Assembly: GCA_965202585.1 (NCBI GenBank)
Contig: OZ241830.1
Span: 59,148,001 to 59,212,000 of the forward strand
Length of the DNA: 64,000 bases
Direction of reading: 5' to 3'
From: Thalia democratica
Taxonomy: Eukaryota
Below, one piece after another: positions 38,572 through 51,688 of this stretch (its first letter is position 1; each line of letters begins with the position of its first letter). The notes under the pieces were generated by a model. That model was not told the DNA's origin. It ran no database searches and was given only the letters and a program-made list of their open reading frames with translations. Both the position numbers and the translations under genes were made by a program.

Positions 38572-41500
38572 ATGGAATTCTTAAGAAAATCAAGTAAACC
38601 AAGAATGGCTGATGATGTTGCTAACGTGGTTAGAGTTATTCTATACAGTATTTTAAACAGTGTTTTCATAAAGTAGAGTACTAATAGTCCGTATCCACAA
38701 ACCTAAAAAGAATAAAACCATTTTAAGCTATTAAATGTGTTTCAAATATTTGTTTTACATTTATGTTAGCCAAAATCATTAAAAAAATCAACAGCAACTT
38801 GATAGTCGTTCAAAAGCTCTAACAGTTATTCACAATCATCTCATCGCGCTACAAGTAAACTATCAACGCGACGCCGCTAGATTAGCGCAAGATTATAGTT
38901 CTATGTATTTCAGTCCTCTGCTGAAATTAAGAAGCTGCATTTTGAGTTCAGAAGAAAGTGAAAATCGCAAGTAAGTTGAGTGTAGTAAATAAACGAAAAT
39001 AAATTAAATTGTGCTTTTGTTTTTATTTTAAGCAAAATGAACTTTTTGTGTTATTTTATGTTTCATTTTGTTTTTCAGTTTTCGTGGCATAAGTTTTGAT
39101 GTCTGGGTCCATTGTATTGACAATACACTTGCAGTTATTATAATAATAATAAATAAACGAGTTTAAATTTTTTTAATTAAACTCGTTCAATAAAAGCTAA
39201 TTGTAATTAAGTTGTTTATCTCATAATTATTAAGCTTTGTAATATAGTTTTTGTTTAAAAACTAATTTTGAACAAAAAAAATATCTGCTGACTTGTAACA
39301 CAAATAAAATATAATAACATATAAACTAAAATGTAACTTTTTAAATAAAAAATAATTTATAGATCAGCCTAAACTATAATTGAATTAGTTTAGTATTTAA
39401 AGAACTTTTCAAAAACATACAAACAATAAAATTAAAAAAAAAACCTACATTTCACAGTGAACTAGTAAAAAACGCTTGTGAGTCGATTGATCATTCCAAC
39501 TTACACGCGAATGAACGAGAATCTTTCAATCGACTTTCTAAATACTGCAAGAATCTTGCAATTAGTAAGTGATCTTTTCTTTATTTAATTTATATTTCAA
39601 TAATGTAACTTTACTTTAAAATTAAAATTAGTTTATCAAAATAGTTTGTGAAATTTTCTTTACTAATGTATAATTATTTTAACGTTTGATCTTTGTTATG
39701 TAACTTTGATTTAACCAATCATAATTACTTTGTTTGAAATAAGTGTCTGTATGATTATGAACTAGTTTAATAGTTTTTCAATGTTTTTTATTAAGTAAGT
39801 CTAAAATTTTACTAAAAAAATGCTAATTTTTTAAAGCGATAAGTAATTTTTGTAGTGTTTCATTTAACACTTATTTTTTTAATACTTAAGTATCAAATAT
39901 CTACCAAACCTGTTATATGTTATAACTGTTTTTTGCATTCAAATGTAAAAACTTTCAAAGCTAGCTTAGTTACAGATTAAATAAAAAAGACACATTTAGA
40001 AGTTTAAATTATAAAAACTTTCAAAAAACCACTTATTTCGAATAGCTTTTAAAACTTACAGTACTATAAATAAATTTGTTTTTGTTTAGAAATGTTTTTA
40101 TGTTATTACTACTAAAGATTTAAAAAACAACACTTATGCTGTTTATATAAACCTTTAAACTATAATTGAACTTCTATAAATATTTTACGATGATTTTAAG
40201 GTTCGTGTGTTTAGCAGAATACTAATTATACTAAACAGTTAATTAAAAAAGTAGTATAACTACCAAAAAGTAGTTAACTTGGTAATATTGTTTCAAAAAA
40301 ATAAGTTTAGCTAAACATAATTAAATGCTAACATTAGTTAGAAATTGTTAAAAGTTTGCATTAAAAAAAGTTTTTATTAACAATTGCAAAATTTAAATTA
40401 ATTCATCAATTAAAAATAGCTCAAAATCAAAATAGTAGTAAAACATACTAGATTTTTATTGTATAATTTAGCTGTAGAATGTATAATAAAAAGTGAATTA
40501 AAACTAAACAAAAAATGCTAATGAAAATTATAAAACACTTAATATACAATAAAAAAGTTTTAATCTTTTTATTTGTTTATTGGATTTTTTTCTTACTAAA
40601 ATAATGTTAAGTTCAAACAAACTTTAGTGTTTTACATATATAACAATTGGTGTAAAACTGCAATCAGTTTATTTAAATAAAACAACCAGCTTAAAGTTTA
40701 AACAAATTATTTTTTATTTAGAGAAATAAAATAGAAAATAGTTTTTGTACCGTACTCTGGAAAAAATTGCTAAAAACATACAAAAATTTAAGCAATACCT
40801 CAATTAACTTATCTAATCGTACCTTCTCAAAAATAAAAATTTTCTCGTTCACAGTCAACAGGCCTGAATTTGAAAATCAGCTGTCCCATGGAAACTTCTG
40901 GAAAGTTGTGTTTCAGAACTCTGATGAGATTTTGACTAACCTGATACAGAATGAGGAGCGCAACATGTTAAGTTATCTCGAAGACGTCAGTTACGAGCCA
41001 ATCCGTTTTAATGAATCCTGTCAGTTTATAGAATATAGCTTAGATTTTTCCATAACTTCTTTAAGGGTTGATTTTTGATTTTTACACTAGTTAAAAGTAT
41101 ATCTGTTTACATATTTGTCTATGATTTAAACTTATGAACTAAATAAATCTTCAAAAAACAGTCGTACAATCTCTAAAATAGTTGTAAACACAAAATTAGA
41201 ACAAATTATTAACAGGTGAAATGCACGGCTTCAGAATAATATTTACATTTTCAAGGGAAAATCCCTATTTTTCAAACAGAAAAGTCACTAAAGAATATTT
41301 TATAAATATACAATTAAAAGCAAAGACGCAATACCCTTCCAATATTCTTAGTAAGTTATAATATTTAATTTAACTGCTTGTATCTTTACAAGCTACTTGT
41401 TTAGTTGCAATACTTTTGCTGAGATAATAAAGTCAGGTTTTATTAAAAATAAATAATTTAAAACTTATAATGGTAAAATATTCTTGTTTCTGGTTTTAAC

Positions 41501-43522
41501 TACAGTTTAAAGGTTTTAAAAAGGTATATCATTTTAATTGTCTTCTAACATTATGCTAAAAAATTAAACAACCAACACTGAAGTCTCACATTGAACAAAA
41601 AATACAACAGGAAAAGCTGGTAGCTGCAAATTGGAACGTTTTAGTACGTATAAGGGACCCCGCGTAACTAAAATAAAGGGAAGTAAAATTTATTGGGCTA
41701 ACCAAGGTGAGATTAGTATCTGCAACTAAAACTTAATTAATCTAACCAGCTTGTGTTATCATGTTATATAATGTTTACTACTAACAAAAATAAAAATAAA
41801 AGTTTAAGAGAAACTGTGCAAAACAGTGTGGTATAATAAACATGTGTGTTACTGTAGTTTTAGTATTTAAATTTATAGTAAGACGTGAGTTTAAAACTTA
41901 TCTAAAGAAAAACAAAAAAGTACGCAAATATTTTTTAAGTATAAAAAGTAATTACAAAATGAAAACCAGAACTGTGACTAAAAAAATATCTCAAATAATA
42001 TGATAATAGCTTTTTTGTGAACATATTAGTAATTCAAAATACTAACTTTCAACAGAATACGAAAGAAAATTCGAAAACAGTGCTAATTTAAACAGCTTAA
42101 TTTCATTCTTTGAGTTTAACTGGACCGATAAGGAGGGAGTTTGTAAGGACGTTAAAAGGTTAGTAAAGTTGTTGCAAGTTATTGCAAATAAAATAACTGA
42201 AAATGAATTAATCGTATCGTGTCAATTGATTAAGATATTTAAAAGTGCTATAAGTGCATTAAATATTCCAAACAAAATATATAAACTATGTTGATAATAA
42301 AAAAATATAAGTCAAGTTTTTATAAACAAAAGATAAGGCTCGAATATTAAACACTTAAATGTGTTTGATGTTTGCTTGCCTTGATTTTCTTCCTAGCTAC
42401 TCGAAAAAAATCCAATTAATTTGTTTGCATCTATTTTCAGGGATTATGCAATCGGATCGAAACTGATGAACGAAATAATTCCAAATGCCTCCTTTGTGTA
42501 CGCAAAAAATGTTCCAGGAAGTTAGTAAAACATTTCGATAGTAAATAACGAAAACTACCTTTAAATTTATATGGTGCTTAAATACTTTTGGTACCTCAAG
42601 GCTTAAGAAATGCTTTAAAGTAGTTTTGTTGTTATGTACTTTGTTTTAGTTATATAAAAAATAGCTAAAGACATGTTTATTTATGTTGATAATGCAAACT
42701 AACAATTATTGTTAATAGAAAGGAAATAACTTTAAAACTTATAGCGCTTCTGAACCAAGGCAACTCCTGCTTTTACCCGCTGAAGTACAACTTTAGAACT
42801 CCTAGTACTGGTAGAGCTTCAAAAACCTTGAGTGAGGAAACTAAAACTTGTTGGAGCTCTAACATAGATTACAAGTTTAGACCTCCTAAAGCAAACCAGT
42901 TGGTCCTGGTACCAAGCTTCAAAAACAACAGAGAAAATGAGCAATTATTAGAAGAAAAGGTTACCATGCCAAGATCGGGATGTACCGAGAGAAGCAATTT
43001 TGTTAAAAAAGAAGCAGAGCCGCTAAAACACAACTTGGCCAATTTTGGCAATAAAAATCATTCTGTGAAGCCTACATCGAACCTACGTCCAATATCGAAC
43101 TTGTTGAAAAAAAATGTTCACGATGTTTGTTTATCTTTTAAAGTGGTTGATGTTGTTTCATTATTAATTGTTTTATTTATATTAGAAAAGAAGCCATTAT
43201 CTCAGCAGTAGCAATCAACACCAAACCAGCAAAATCAGAAGCAGTCAACTGGAAGGAACCAGTAAAATATTACAGCGAAGCGAAGCTAGTGAAGCGAAGT
43301 CCTCAACGAACAACTTAGCCAACTTTGACAATAAAAAATCACCAAGAAAACGTCGAATGACTTGGTAAGCTTTGAAGCTAAGATAAATTATTGGTATGTA
43401 ATAAAATCAACAAACTTTAACAACAAACTTACAGCGAACCAAGGCCTGCCAGGTCAACAAAAAGAAGGAAAAGGGGAAAAAATTGTTTGCCTTGTTTTTC
43501 AAAGAGAAGAAATGTAGTGTGA
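38572..43522 (+). CDS. Divergent nucleosome assembly protein (NAP/SET family) gene, about 521 aa. Exons 38572-38628, 38795-38970, 39458-39564, 40855-41019, 41216-41350, 41611-41706, 42056-42158, 42441-42520, 42745-43124, 43186-43364, 43435-43522
   Basis: All 10 introns are GT-AG and phase-compatible, giving one 1566-nt frame. NAP-like motifs occur in order: long N-terminal helix (SRSKALTVIH..YFSPLLKLR), NFWKVVFQN, YLEDV, GFRIIFTFSRENPYFSNRKVTKEY, YKGP..IKGSKIYW, ISFFEF, DYAIGSKLMNEIIPNA. Confidence 0.8.
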
Positions 43523-45523
43523 GTAGCGAACTTTTTAGCTTGCATTTGTTAATTTATGTACTAAACGTTAATTAATTATTTATATAAAACGTAAACACTT
43601 ATAATTTTAACTTTATTACCTTAATCACTTAATTCAATTATTGATACAGTTTCAAAGACCTTATCACTATCAAAGAAAAAGACAACGTAAACAAAAGAAA
43701 AATAAAGTTAGTTTTTAAGAAAAAAACTGAACCAACAAATGTTATTATTTAAAGAAAGTATACTGTTTAAATTTTTCATTTTAATAAGAACTTTATTAAT
43801 ATTACGTGTACTGTTTCTTTTTACTACACTTTACTTACAACAAAACTAAAAGTTATTAGAAGTTAATAATATTTCATTGTAAAGTTATTAAGCTTTTACA
43901 TAAACCATTTTTAACAGTATAAGCTTATTTTTAATTAAAATTTTGAATTTTTAACAGAGGACTTAGCCTAGAATTTTATGCAAAAGTACCAAAGCTTTGT
44001 AAGTTCAACAGTAATATCATTGTATATTTAAAACTAAACTTGGTAAAAAAAATATTATGTAGCAGGTGCAAATCATCTAAACAAAGCTTTGAAAGTTAAA
44101 AGAAAGCGATCTGGATTCTTTAAGGAAATCTTTATGATTTACAAGCATGGTAAGTATTTTTAACTTAGTAACTTAAGTTTTATAATTAAAAAATAGTAGT
44201 CATTTTGAAAAGTCATAAAACATAAAAGTACATATAAATCTAAAAATATCCTAAGAAGCAAGTTATTTTAAACTGTTACATTTACAAACATTAACAAAGT
44301 TTGTTTTTCGCAACCAGAGCAGCAAAGTGAAAAACTTTTCTATATTTGTACTAATATCTACATTTAATATAGTTTTTATTTCAATCTTTAAAGTCTTACA
44401 TTGTTTTTTACATAACTTTATATATTTTTACTAAATACGAAATAACTAAAATTATACTATAAACAAAAAATAATAATTAAAGGTTTCAATGCAGCCTTCG
44501 GTTGGGTTTTTAGAAGAAACAAAGCTAAATGAAATATTTATAAGTGTTTTCTGTTTTGTGTGAAGATAGCCGCAAATAAAAAGATGAAATAAACATTTTG
44601 TTTTTCAAACGTTTATGCCTTACGCTGTTAATAAAAAGAACAAAAAAAATGTGTTGATTCTCTATAATTATAGCAATTTACTACCTCCTAAAGCTTAAAA
44701 GACGTTTTTATGACAAAATAAAAACTTAAGTATTTTACTTCGGTTTCAAAATTTCATAAAACTTTTAAAAAGATTAAAAATAGTTATAAGAATAATTTCT
44801 AAGTTAGAAAACAGTTTTAGTTCAAAAATAGCGCAAGTATATATTAAGATTTCGGCTTTCCATTAAACGTTTTTCTAATTGTTTAAATCTGATAAAAACA
44901 AGTATGTAATTAAAAAAGATTAGCTTGGATAATATTGTAACTTTGTAAATTAAATCGAACTTTTATAATTTTATTTTTTATATTTTGACGTTGTTATTTA
45001 GAAGGTGAAAAGAAATGTTTATAACAGCTTGTAAGTAATTGCACTGAAAAGTTTTAAAAATTGTTTTTTAAAGTTTAACAATGATTTTATTTTATTTTAA
45101 ATAGTTTTAAACAAAAAAAAATAAACACTTTGTTTGTCTGCTTCAACATTTCTTAGATTAAAAAAAAACAGTATTTTTAAAAATAAACTGTTAAACAGTG
45201 AAAAATAAAGATTTGCAAACAACGTTTTGTTAAAAACAGTCTTTTTTTATAGTTTATTATTGCAAGTTTATTGTCAATATGATGGACCCAGGCATCAAAA
45301 CCTAGGCCACTCAAACTGAAAGACACATAACGAAGAGATGAAAAAATAGGTATCTTAAAAAGTAATTTTGTTTAAAACAAAAACACAATTTACTTAGAAA
45401 TTTATAGATTAACATAAAAAAATATTTTAACACACAAACTTATACTTATTAAGTAATTTACGCTTTGATGTAGAAGGATTTTGTAAATCTTGTCTTTTCT
45501 CGTCCTTCAAAGCAATTTCACCA

Positions 45524-45660
45524 CTAGCACTTCCAATAATCTGTACTAATTTCTTTATACTCTCCATACTCTAGGCAAACTAGTTTCTCAGGTCCGTCAA
45601 AATAGTATCTTTCAGCACATATATAAGTTACATTGGATTTGTAGGATTTTATGTTTAAAA
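45524..45660 (-). other. Isolated exon-like segment resembling a Sushi/CCP module
   Basis: After an AG it reads LNIKSYKSNVTYICAERYYFDGPEKLVCLEYGEYKEISTDYWKC*, matching the pattern Y.S.VTY.C..GY...G...L.C...G......C. No linked exons were established. Confidence 0.4.
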
Positions 45661-47102
45661 CTAAGTTTGTTTATTATCGAAAAATGATCTAACTAAACAA
45701 AGTTAAGCTAATTTACTGTTGAAGTTTAATGTCAGGAAATGTTAAAATAGTATGAAGAAGAGTGAGTCGCTTTATTTAAAAGTACTGTCTTATCTATAAC
45801 CAAACAAAAGTATTTATATTTCAAGCAAGTATAGAAACAAAAAACAATTTTTTATAAATAATATAAATGATGTCGGCTAACTTTTACATATAAAGTAGAA
45901 AACCTGCAGAGAATTGTAACACCAACCAAGATCTAATCGTGAACTATTTACAATAAGATTAGATCCTTGAAAAAGGTTTGTTTGTACAATACCTTTAAAC
46001 TTAGTTGGTAATACATTTTTTTTGAATTCCTATTTTTAAAGAATATATTGGTTTGGCTGATAAACTTTGATGATATGTTTAAGATTTCAATTTTTATTAT
46101 ACTTCGATAGAAAATGATAGTTACACTCAGTTGTTAAAGTTAAACACAAAAATATTTGTTTAATTATAAAAGTTTACGAAAAAAAATAATAACGATTCCT
46201 TTTGAATAAGAATTTTTTCAATCTGATGATCTCTTACGTTTAAATGTAAGAGTGAAACAGTTTGTTTTTTGTAATTATCTGAAAAACAAAATCTAAATGT
46301 AAAACAAAATAAGTTGTAAATATATTGTTTCGGAATAAACATCTACTTTTTTATCGGTAAATGCAACAAATATCGGTTTTTATTAGTTATTTATCATTAA
46401 ATTGTATAAAAGTTACTAAAGCACTTCTTGGTTATAGACTATTTTAGTTGTCTATCTTTAATAAAAAAAAGTTCTAGTCTGTAAAGATAAACTGATTTTT
46501 ATTGAAATAGTTTCAGTTACTAATAAAACAATGTCTTAATTACGTAGATATCAGCAAAAAGTGTTTTGCATCTTGAAAAGTTTGTTTGACTGCTTTACTT
46601 ATAAATGCTTAAAAAAGTTCAGTATTTTATGGTAACGGTGAAATTTTAAAAAGTTTTGTTTAAAATTAACTGTTTATTTCGATGAAAAAAAAAATTCAAT
46701 TTTAAGTTTAATGCTAAAAACTTGATTTTAAAGTTATGTTTAACATTTTGACCTATCGCCTGTTAAAAGTTATGCACTCTCTATTATAAATATTATTTGA
46801 ATAAACTTTTACTTTAATACTTATACAATACTACTTGAAATAATATTCAGACAAAGCATACCACAAAACTACGTCTCCTTTTATACAAAGTAAAGTTTAG
46901 ATATGAATGTTATGTAAGTATTTTCTATTGGGATGGCAGGCTATGTATATATTTATAATTCTCTCGTCTATTTATTTGTCACTTTTCTCTACGACAGTGG
47001 TCTTAAAACTTTAAACAAACTTTGCACAGTGAATTACTTGAGAATAAACAGGTGCACACTTATATAACATATACATTATATAATAAACACTACTTTTTTG
47101 AG

Positions 47103-48330
47103 TAGTGGTCTACCGGATCCGGTTCTTTTTTTTTAATTTAAGATTCGGCTGGAATCGTATCTTACTTTTAAATTAGTATTCGAATCTATTCTTTCGAATT
47201 AAGATCCGGATCTATTTTTTAATTTAAGATCCGGATCTTAAACGTTTAAAATTTTATTTAGTTTCAAAAGAGAACAAACTTAAAAAATTTCGTTATGATA
47301 TTTCCATTAATCAGTAAAAACTGTTCAATACAAATATTTTGTTAAAACAAAATACAATACTTTTGTCTAAATATTTTATTTGAAAACTAGGAAAAGGAAC
47401 GTTAAAAAAAATCTACGTATACGAAATCTCAGTTTAAATGTTAAACTTCAAGCTACTTTTATGACTGAACTTGAATTTTTTGCCTTGTATCACTTAAAAG
47501 AAATTAAGTGTTACAACGCTTTAAAAAATAACGAACTTTATTTATTTTTTTCATGATAAAATTTACACTATACTTTTATTTACAAAAGTTCGAACTTTAA
47601 CATGGAAAATAACTTCTTAAGCAACTGTTTACATAAATAAAAGTAAGTAATTTAGTAAATACCATTTACTCATATCAACGCTATTAAGCTACAAAGAAAT
47701 TTATTCTAGTTTTTTAAGTTGTGATGAAGAAATAAAAGTTTTTCGCCGTTTTTTTGAAGCAATCGGTTTCGCTTTTGTTCGTACAACTTACCAGCTTCTG
47801 AAAATAACCTTTAGGAATGAAGAGAAGATGGTGGTGCCAAAAGATTTTTTTTTTGCAAACCTGGCAGGATGTGTGTATTTTTTATTGTTTGATTTCCACC
47901 AATACAAGACTTCAGCTTCTTCAGCAGATAAATTTTCTTCAGCCAATAAATAATAAATTTCTGTTTCAATCTCTTGATCAACTGAATTTTGTAGCTCACA
48001 TTTGTGAGTGTTTGCATTTGTTTTCGATTTAAATGTAGAATAGAAGAACAAAAAGTTTTGGGAACATCATTTTTAGGTAGTTGAGCTTTAAGTTAATTAG
48101 ATGGTACTAGAGGAACTTGACCACTTTGACCAGTCTCACGACAACTATGGTTTTTTACTTCTGGTTTCAGTTGCCTTACAACCTTTTGTTTGAGATTATC
48201 AGGGAAAAGTCAAGTCGATACCGTGGATCAACAGCTGTTGTGATTTAAGTCGTTATTAAGGAAGTTTTTTTTGTATGCTATTACTAGAACATAGTATAAT
48301 ACCTTTTCGAAAGCCTACTTTATATTTTTT
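47103..48330 (-). mobile_element. hAT transposon relic (3' end and decayed C-terminal transposase)
   Basis: Terminal TAGTGGTCTACCGGATCCGG with gatccggat repeats. Minus-strand frames read AVDPRYRLDF and EVLYWWKSNNKKY..ARFAKK..APPSS (hAT dimerisation domain) with frameshifts. Confidence 0.65.
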
Positions 48331-49379
48331 GCCAAGGTTGTAAAACTATTAACTTTTAAATCTTAAAACTACCCAGAGTTAAAAAAAAATAGTTAGCACT
48401 AGTTTTTTTTAAATGTTTAACTAGCGCCTACTGCAAAGACAACTGCTCTAGATTACTTTATGAAAAACCTTCGTATTCACCTTGGGCTTTTCGCAAGCAA
48501 CGCTAAGACTAATTTAGTTTTTCTAAAGTTTAAAAATTTTTAAACTATAACTAAATTTTTATGTAAAGCTAATTATTTTTTAAATAAATAGTTGTTTTTT
48601 GTTAAGTTGTTCTTAATATATAAAAGTTCTGTATTCGAAAAAAAAAACTTAACTTCACATTAGAAGCTTTAGATTTTTTTCTTTACAGTTAGCTTATAAG
48701 GTTTTAGCTGTCGAAAATAAAGTTGTTGCGAAGAGTTTGAAACTGCTTTATGTATTTCTTACTACTTCTCTAGGATATCTAACTATATAAGCCTTATTAA
48801 TAAACAAGCTTTCTGCGAGCAACTTCTAAAGAAAGATTTTCTGAGCTCAACCTTAAATTTCTAGTTTTATATAAAAATTAAACTTATAAACTAGCATGTA
48901 ACCTAATTGTTACGAAAGATAGCTTTATAAACTTTTAAAACGCTTATTATGAACGTATTATAGATATACAAAGGATCAAATAAGGTTAAAAAAATGTTAA
49001 GAAATTTAAATATGTTATAAAAACTATAACTGTAGTTGATTACTAAAAGTTTTAAAAAGTAGATAAATTCTTCTGAAGTTTTCTCAACATTAACAAAAAA
49101 TTTTACTGAACTTTTGATGATAAAAGATTCTAACGCTTTGAACAAAAGCAAAAAGAGTTTATCATTTATACAAAAAAAAAAACGGTTTTTAGATATATAA
49201 CAGCTGAGTTTCGGCGTTTTAAACTCTAAGCTAGTAGTTTCTTAATGCGAATATACATTTGACATAAAATATTTTTCAGATGAGACTTAATTAAGTGCTG
49301 TAAAATGTTTTAAGCTTTTTGACTAATTTAGTGAATGTCCAGTATGGCTTCATTAAAACTTTGATTATTTGAACAAGCA

Positions 49380-50410
49380 CATGGCTAAAGTAAAGATTGC
49401 CCGCAAGCTTGTGAAAAGGTCATTTAATTTCAGCTCATTTTTTAAAAGTGTTATTAAAAATATAATATTCTTTTTTGTATAAAGATATAAAAAGAGGAAG
49501 AAATATTTAGGTTTGGGAATATGAAGCTATTTTATCCACAACAAAGTTGTTCAGGTTAGAAAAGGTATTTCACAAAGTTTCACTAAGTAAAACAAACGTA
49601 AACACAATTAAAAAATAAATTTTTTGGTAGGTGAAATACACGGCTTCAGAATAACATTCACATTTTCAAAGCAAATCCTTATTTTTCTAATAGAATATAA
49701 TGTTTATTGAACGACAAAAAGCGCTCAAAAAATTTTTTCTAAGGACTTGGTGTACGAAAAAACCTTCCGGTTATCGGGTCATACACCAAGCATACATTTT
49801 AAAGTGTTGTACATGACAAAAGTAACCAAAGAGTATTGTATAAATATTCAAAAATCTCAATAGAAAACCAATACTGAAATCTTATTCAGTATGCTCATCA
49901 AGTTGTAATACATACTTCATTTAATTGATTGTATTATTACAACATAAGTACTTAGCTGCAATACTCTTGCTAATTCTGTATTATAAATCAAGAACAAAAG
50001 AGTTTTTACTTATTAAACTGATAAAAAAAAATCCTAGTTTATGTTTTTAGTCTAGAGTTTTAAAGTTTTAGAATAAAACATTATTGATTTTATTTTCGTA
50101 TCAGGCTAAAAAATTCCAATAGCTTTATTTATCAAAACTAAAAACAAACAGACAAATCTGGTGATAGCACACTGGGAGGTTCAGTTTATACAAGGGACCC
50201 CGCCTAACTGAAATAAAGGGGAACAATTTTAATTGGGTTAACCGAGGTGAGAATTAGTAGTATCTTCTCAAAGTAATTAAAAATTCAGAATTTATTTCTC
50301 GTTTTCCAGAGCGAATCCAGAGTAATTTGTTTGTAACAGAGTTATTACCAAGGAATATTTTACAAACATAATTAATAAATTAAAGACAGAATATCCATCC
50401 AATTTGCTCA
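49380..50410 (+). pseudogene. Decayed partial duplicates of the NAP-like gene: exon-5 copy 49631-49888, exon-6 copy 50152-50246, a further exon-5 copy 50287-50410, and a possible exon-4 relic from about 49380
   Basis: ag|gtgaaatacacggcttcagaata and aagggaccccgcctaactgaaataaagggg match exons 5 and 6 and keep their splice sites. They carry 1-nt deletions, an insert of about 120 bp and stops. The third copy reads RIYFSFSRANPE*FVCNRVITKEYF..YPSNLL|gt. Confidence 0.8.
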
Positions 50411-51162
50411 GTATGTTATAATATTTCATTTAATTGACTAAAAAAAAAAGTAAAATAAAAGAAAAAAGGATGAACTAAAAGCATCGATTTCGTAAGTTAC
50501 CATATAACCTCCGATGCCGAGCTCAAAAATTAACGAATTTTATAATGAAAAACTTCTATCAAAATAAGCAGTTAACTTTTAGTTAAACCAAAAATTAAGT
50601 CAGTTTGTTTATTTAACTATTTGTAGAAATAAAATGCATGAAGAAGTTAAATTATTAGAAGAAAAAGAGTTCAGTGTGCCCATGCCATGTTGTGTAAAAC
50701 ATTGTGTTGTTGAATATGTAATAATAGAATATTATGGGTGAAGTTAAAAAAAGTCTTTTTAGTTCAGGTTCAGAGGCTTTTTAGTACTAGGTTAAAAGCT
50801 AGAAACAAAGATGAAGTTTTTAAATTCTAAAAGATTTTTTGTACTTTTACCACCAAATTAAGATAATCAACTTTTAAAGATAGAAATGATCAATAATAAA
50901 TTTAAAATTTTATTAAACAAAACAATGTTTCACTCGTTTGAAGACGAGATCTTCAGTTGTTTAAAATGTTATTCAAATAGAATAATATATCCATAATATT
51001 CTATTTGAATAAGATTTTAAACATTATTATTAAAAATTATTGATCAATCTCCTTTCATTTTATTAGAGTTGAGAACTTTTATTGCCACCTTTAAAGTATA
51101 AAGTACGGAAAGATAGAAATGTTCAAAAATATGAAGCTTTCTAGTTGATAGAAAAAGTATTT

Positions 51163-51688
51163 CATGGTTGCCACTGATCAAGCTGAGTAAAATTTCCTGA
51201 CTTTTCCTGACTTTTTCCTGACTTTTTACCAAAATTTTCCTGACTTTTTTAAATCAAAATCTTAAATTAAACTTATTCTAAAATACATAATCTAACACTT
51301 GGAACTATATAAAGCTGTTCAATATGTTAATAGAAAAATGTTTCAGTTTTAAAAGTATATTTTACTAATTTATACCAGATGAAGGCACTAAAAATTAAAT
51401 CTAAAAGAATTGTAAATTTCTAGGAAAATTTTGGAACTTTTTTCTGACTTTAAAGGACTTTTAATTAATTTTAACCATTTGAAGGCTTTGGAAAACAAGG
51501 CATTTTGTAAATTTAAACTGACAAAATCTGACTTTTTTTCTTTTTTTTTTATCAAATTTCCTGACTTTTCCTGACTTTTTTTCAAAACCCCCCATTTTTT
51601 CCTGACTTTTCCTGACTTTTGTAATTTTTCTAAATTTTTCCTGACTTTTCCTGATTTCCTGACTTTTCCTGACCAAGTGGCAACCCTG
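51163..51688. mobile_element. MITE, 526 bp, 12-bp TIR CAGGGTTGCCAC, subterminal (cctgactttt)n, 6-bp TSD GTATTT
   Basis: GTATTT|CATGGTTGCCAC...GTGGCAACCCTG|GTATTT. Confidence 0.88.

Noticed and set aside
38770-38794. Apparent frameshift in NAP-like exon 2 (A7 run)
   Set aside because: It disappears if the acceptor at 38793-38794 is used, so there is no evidence for a lesion.
40767-41078. 103-aa ORF as a stand-alone gene (likewise 42828-43211)
   Set aside because: Each is an internal NAP-like exon plus intron read-through.
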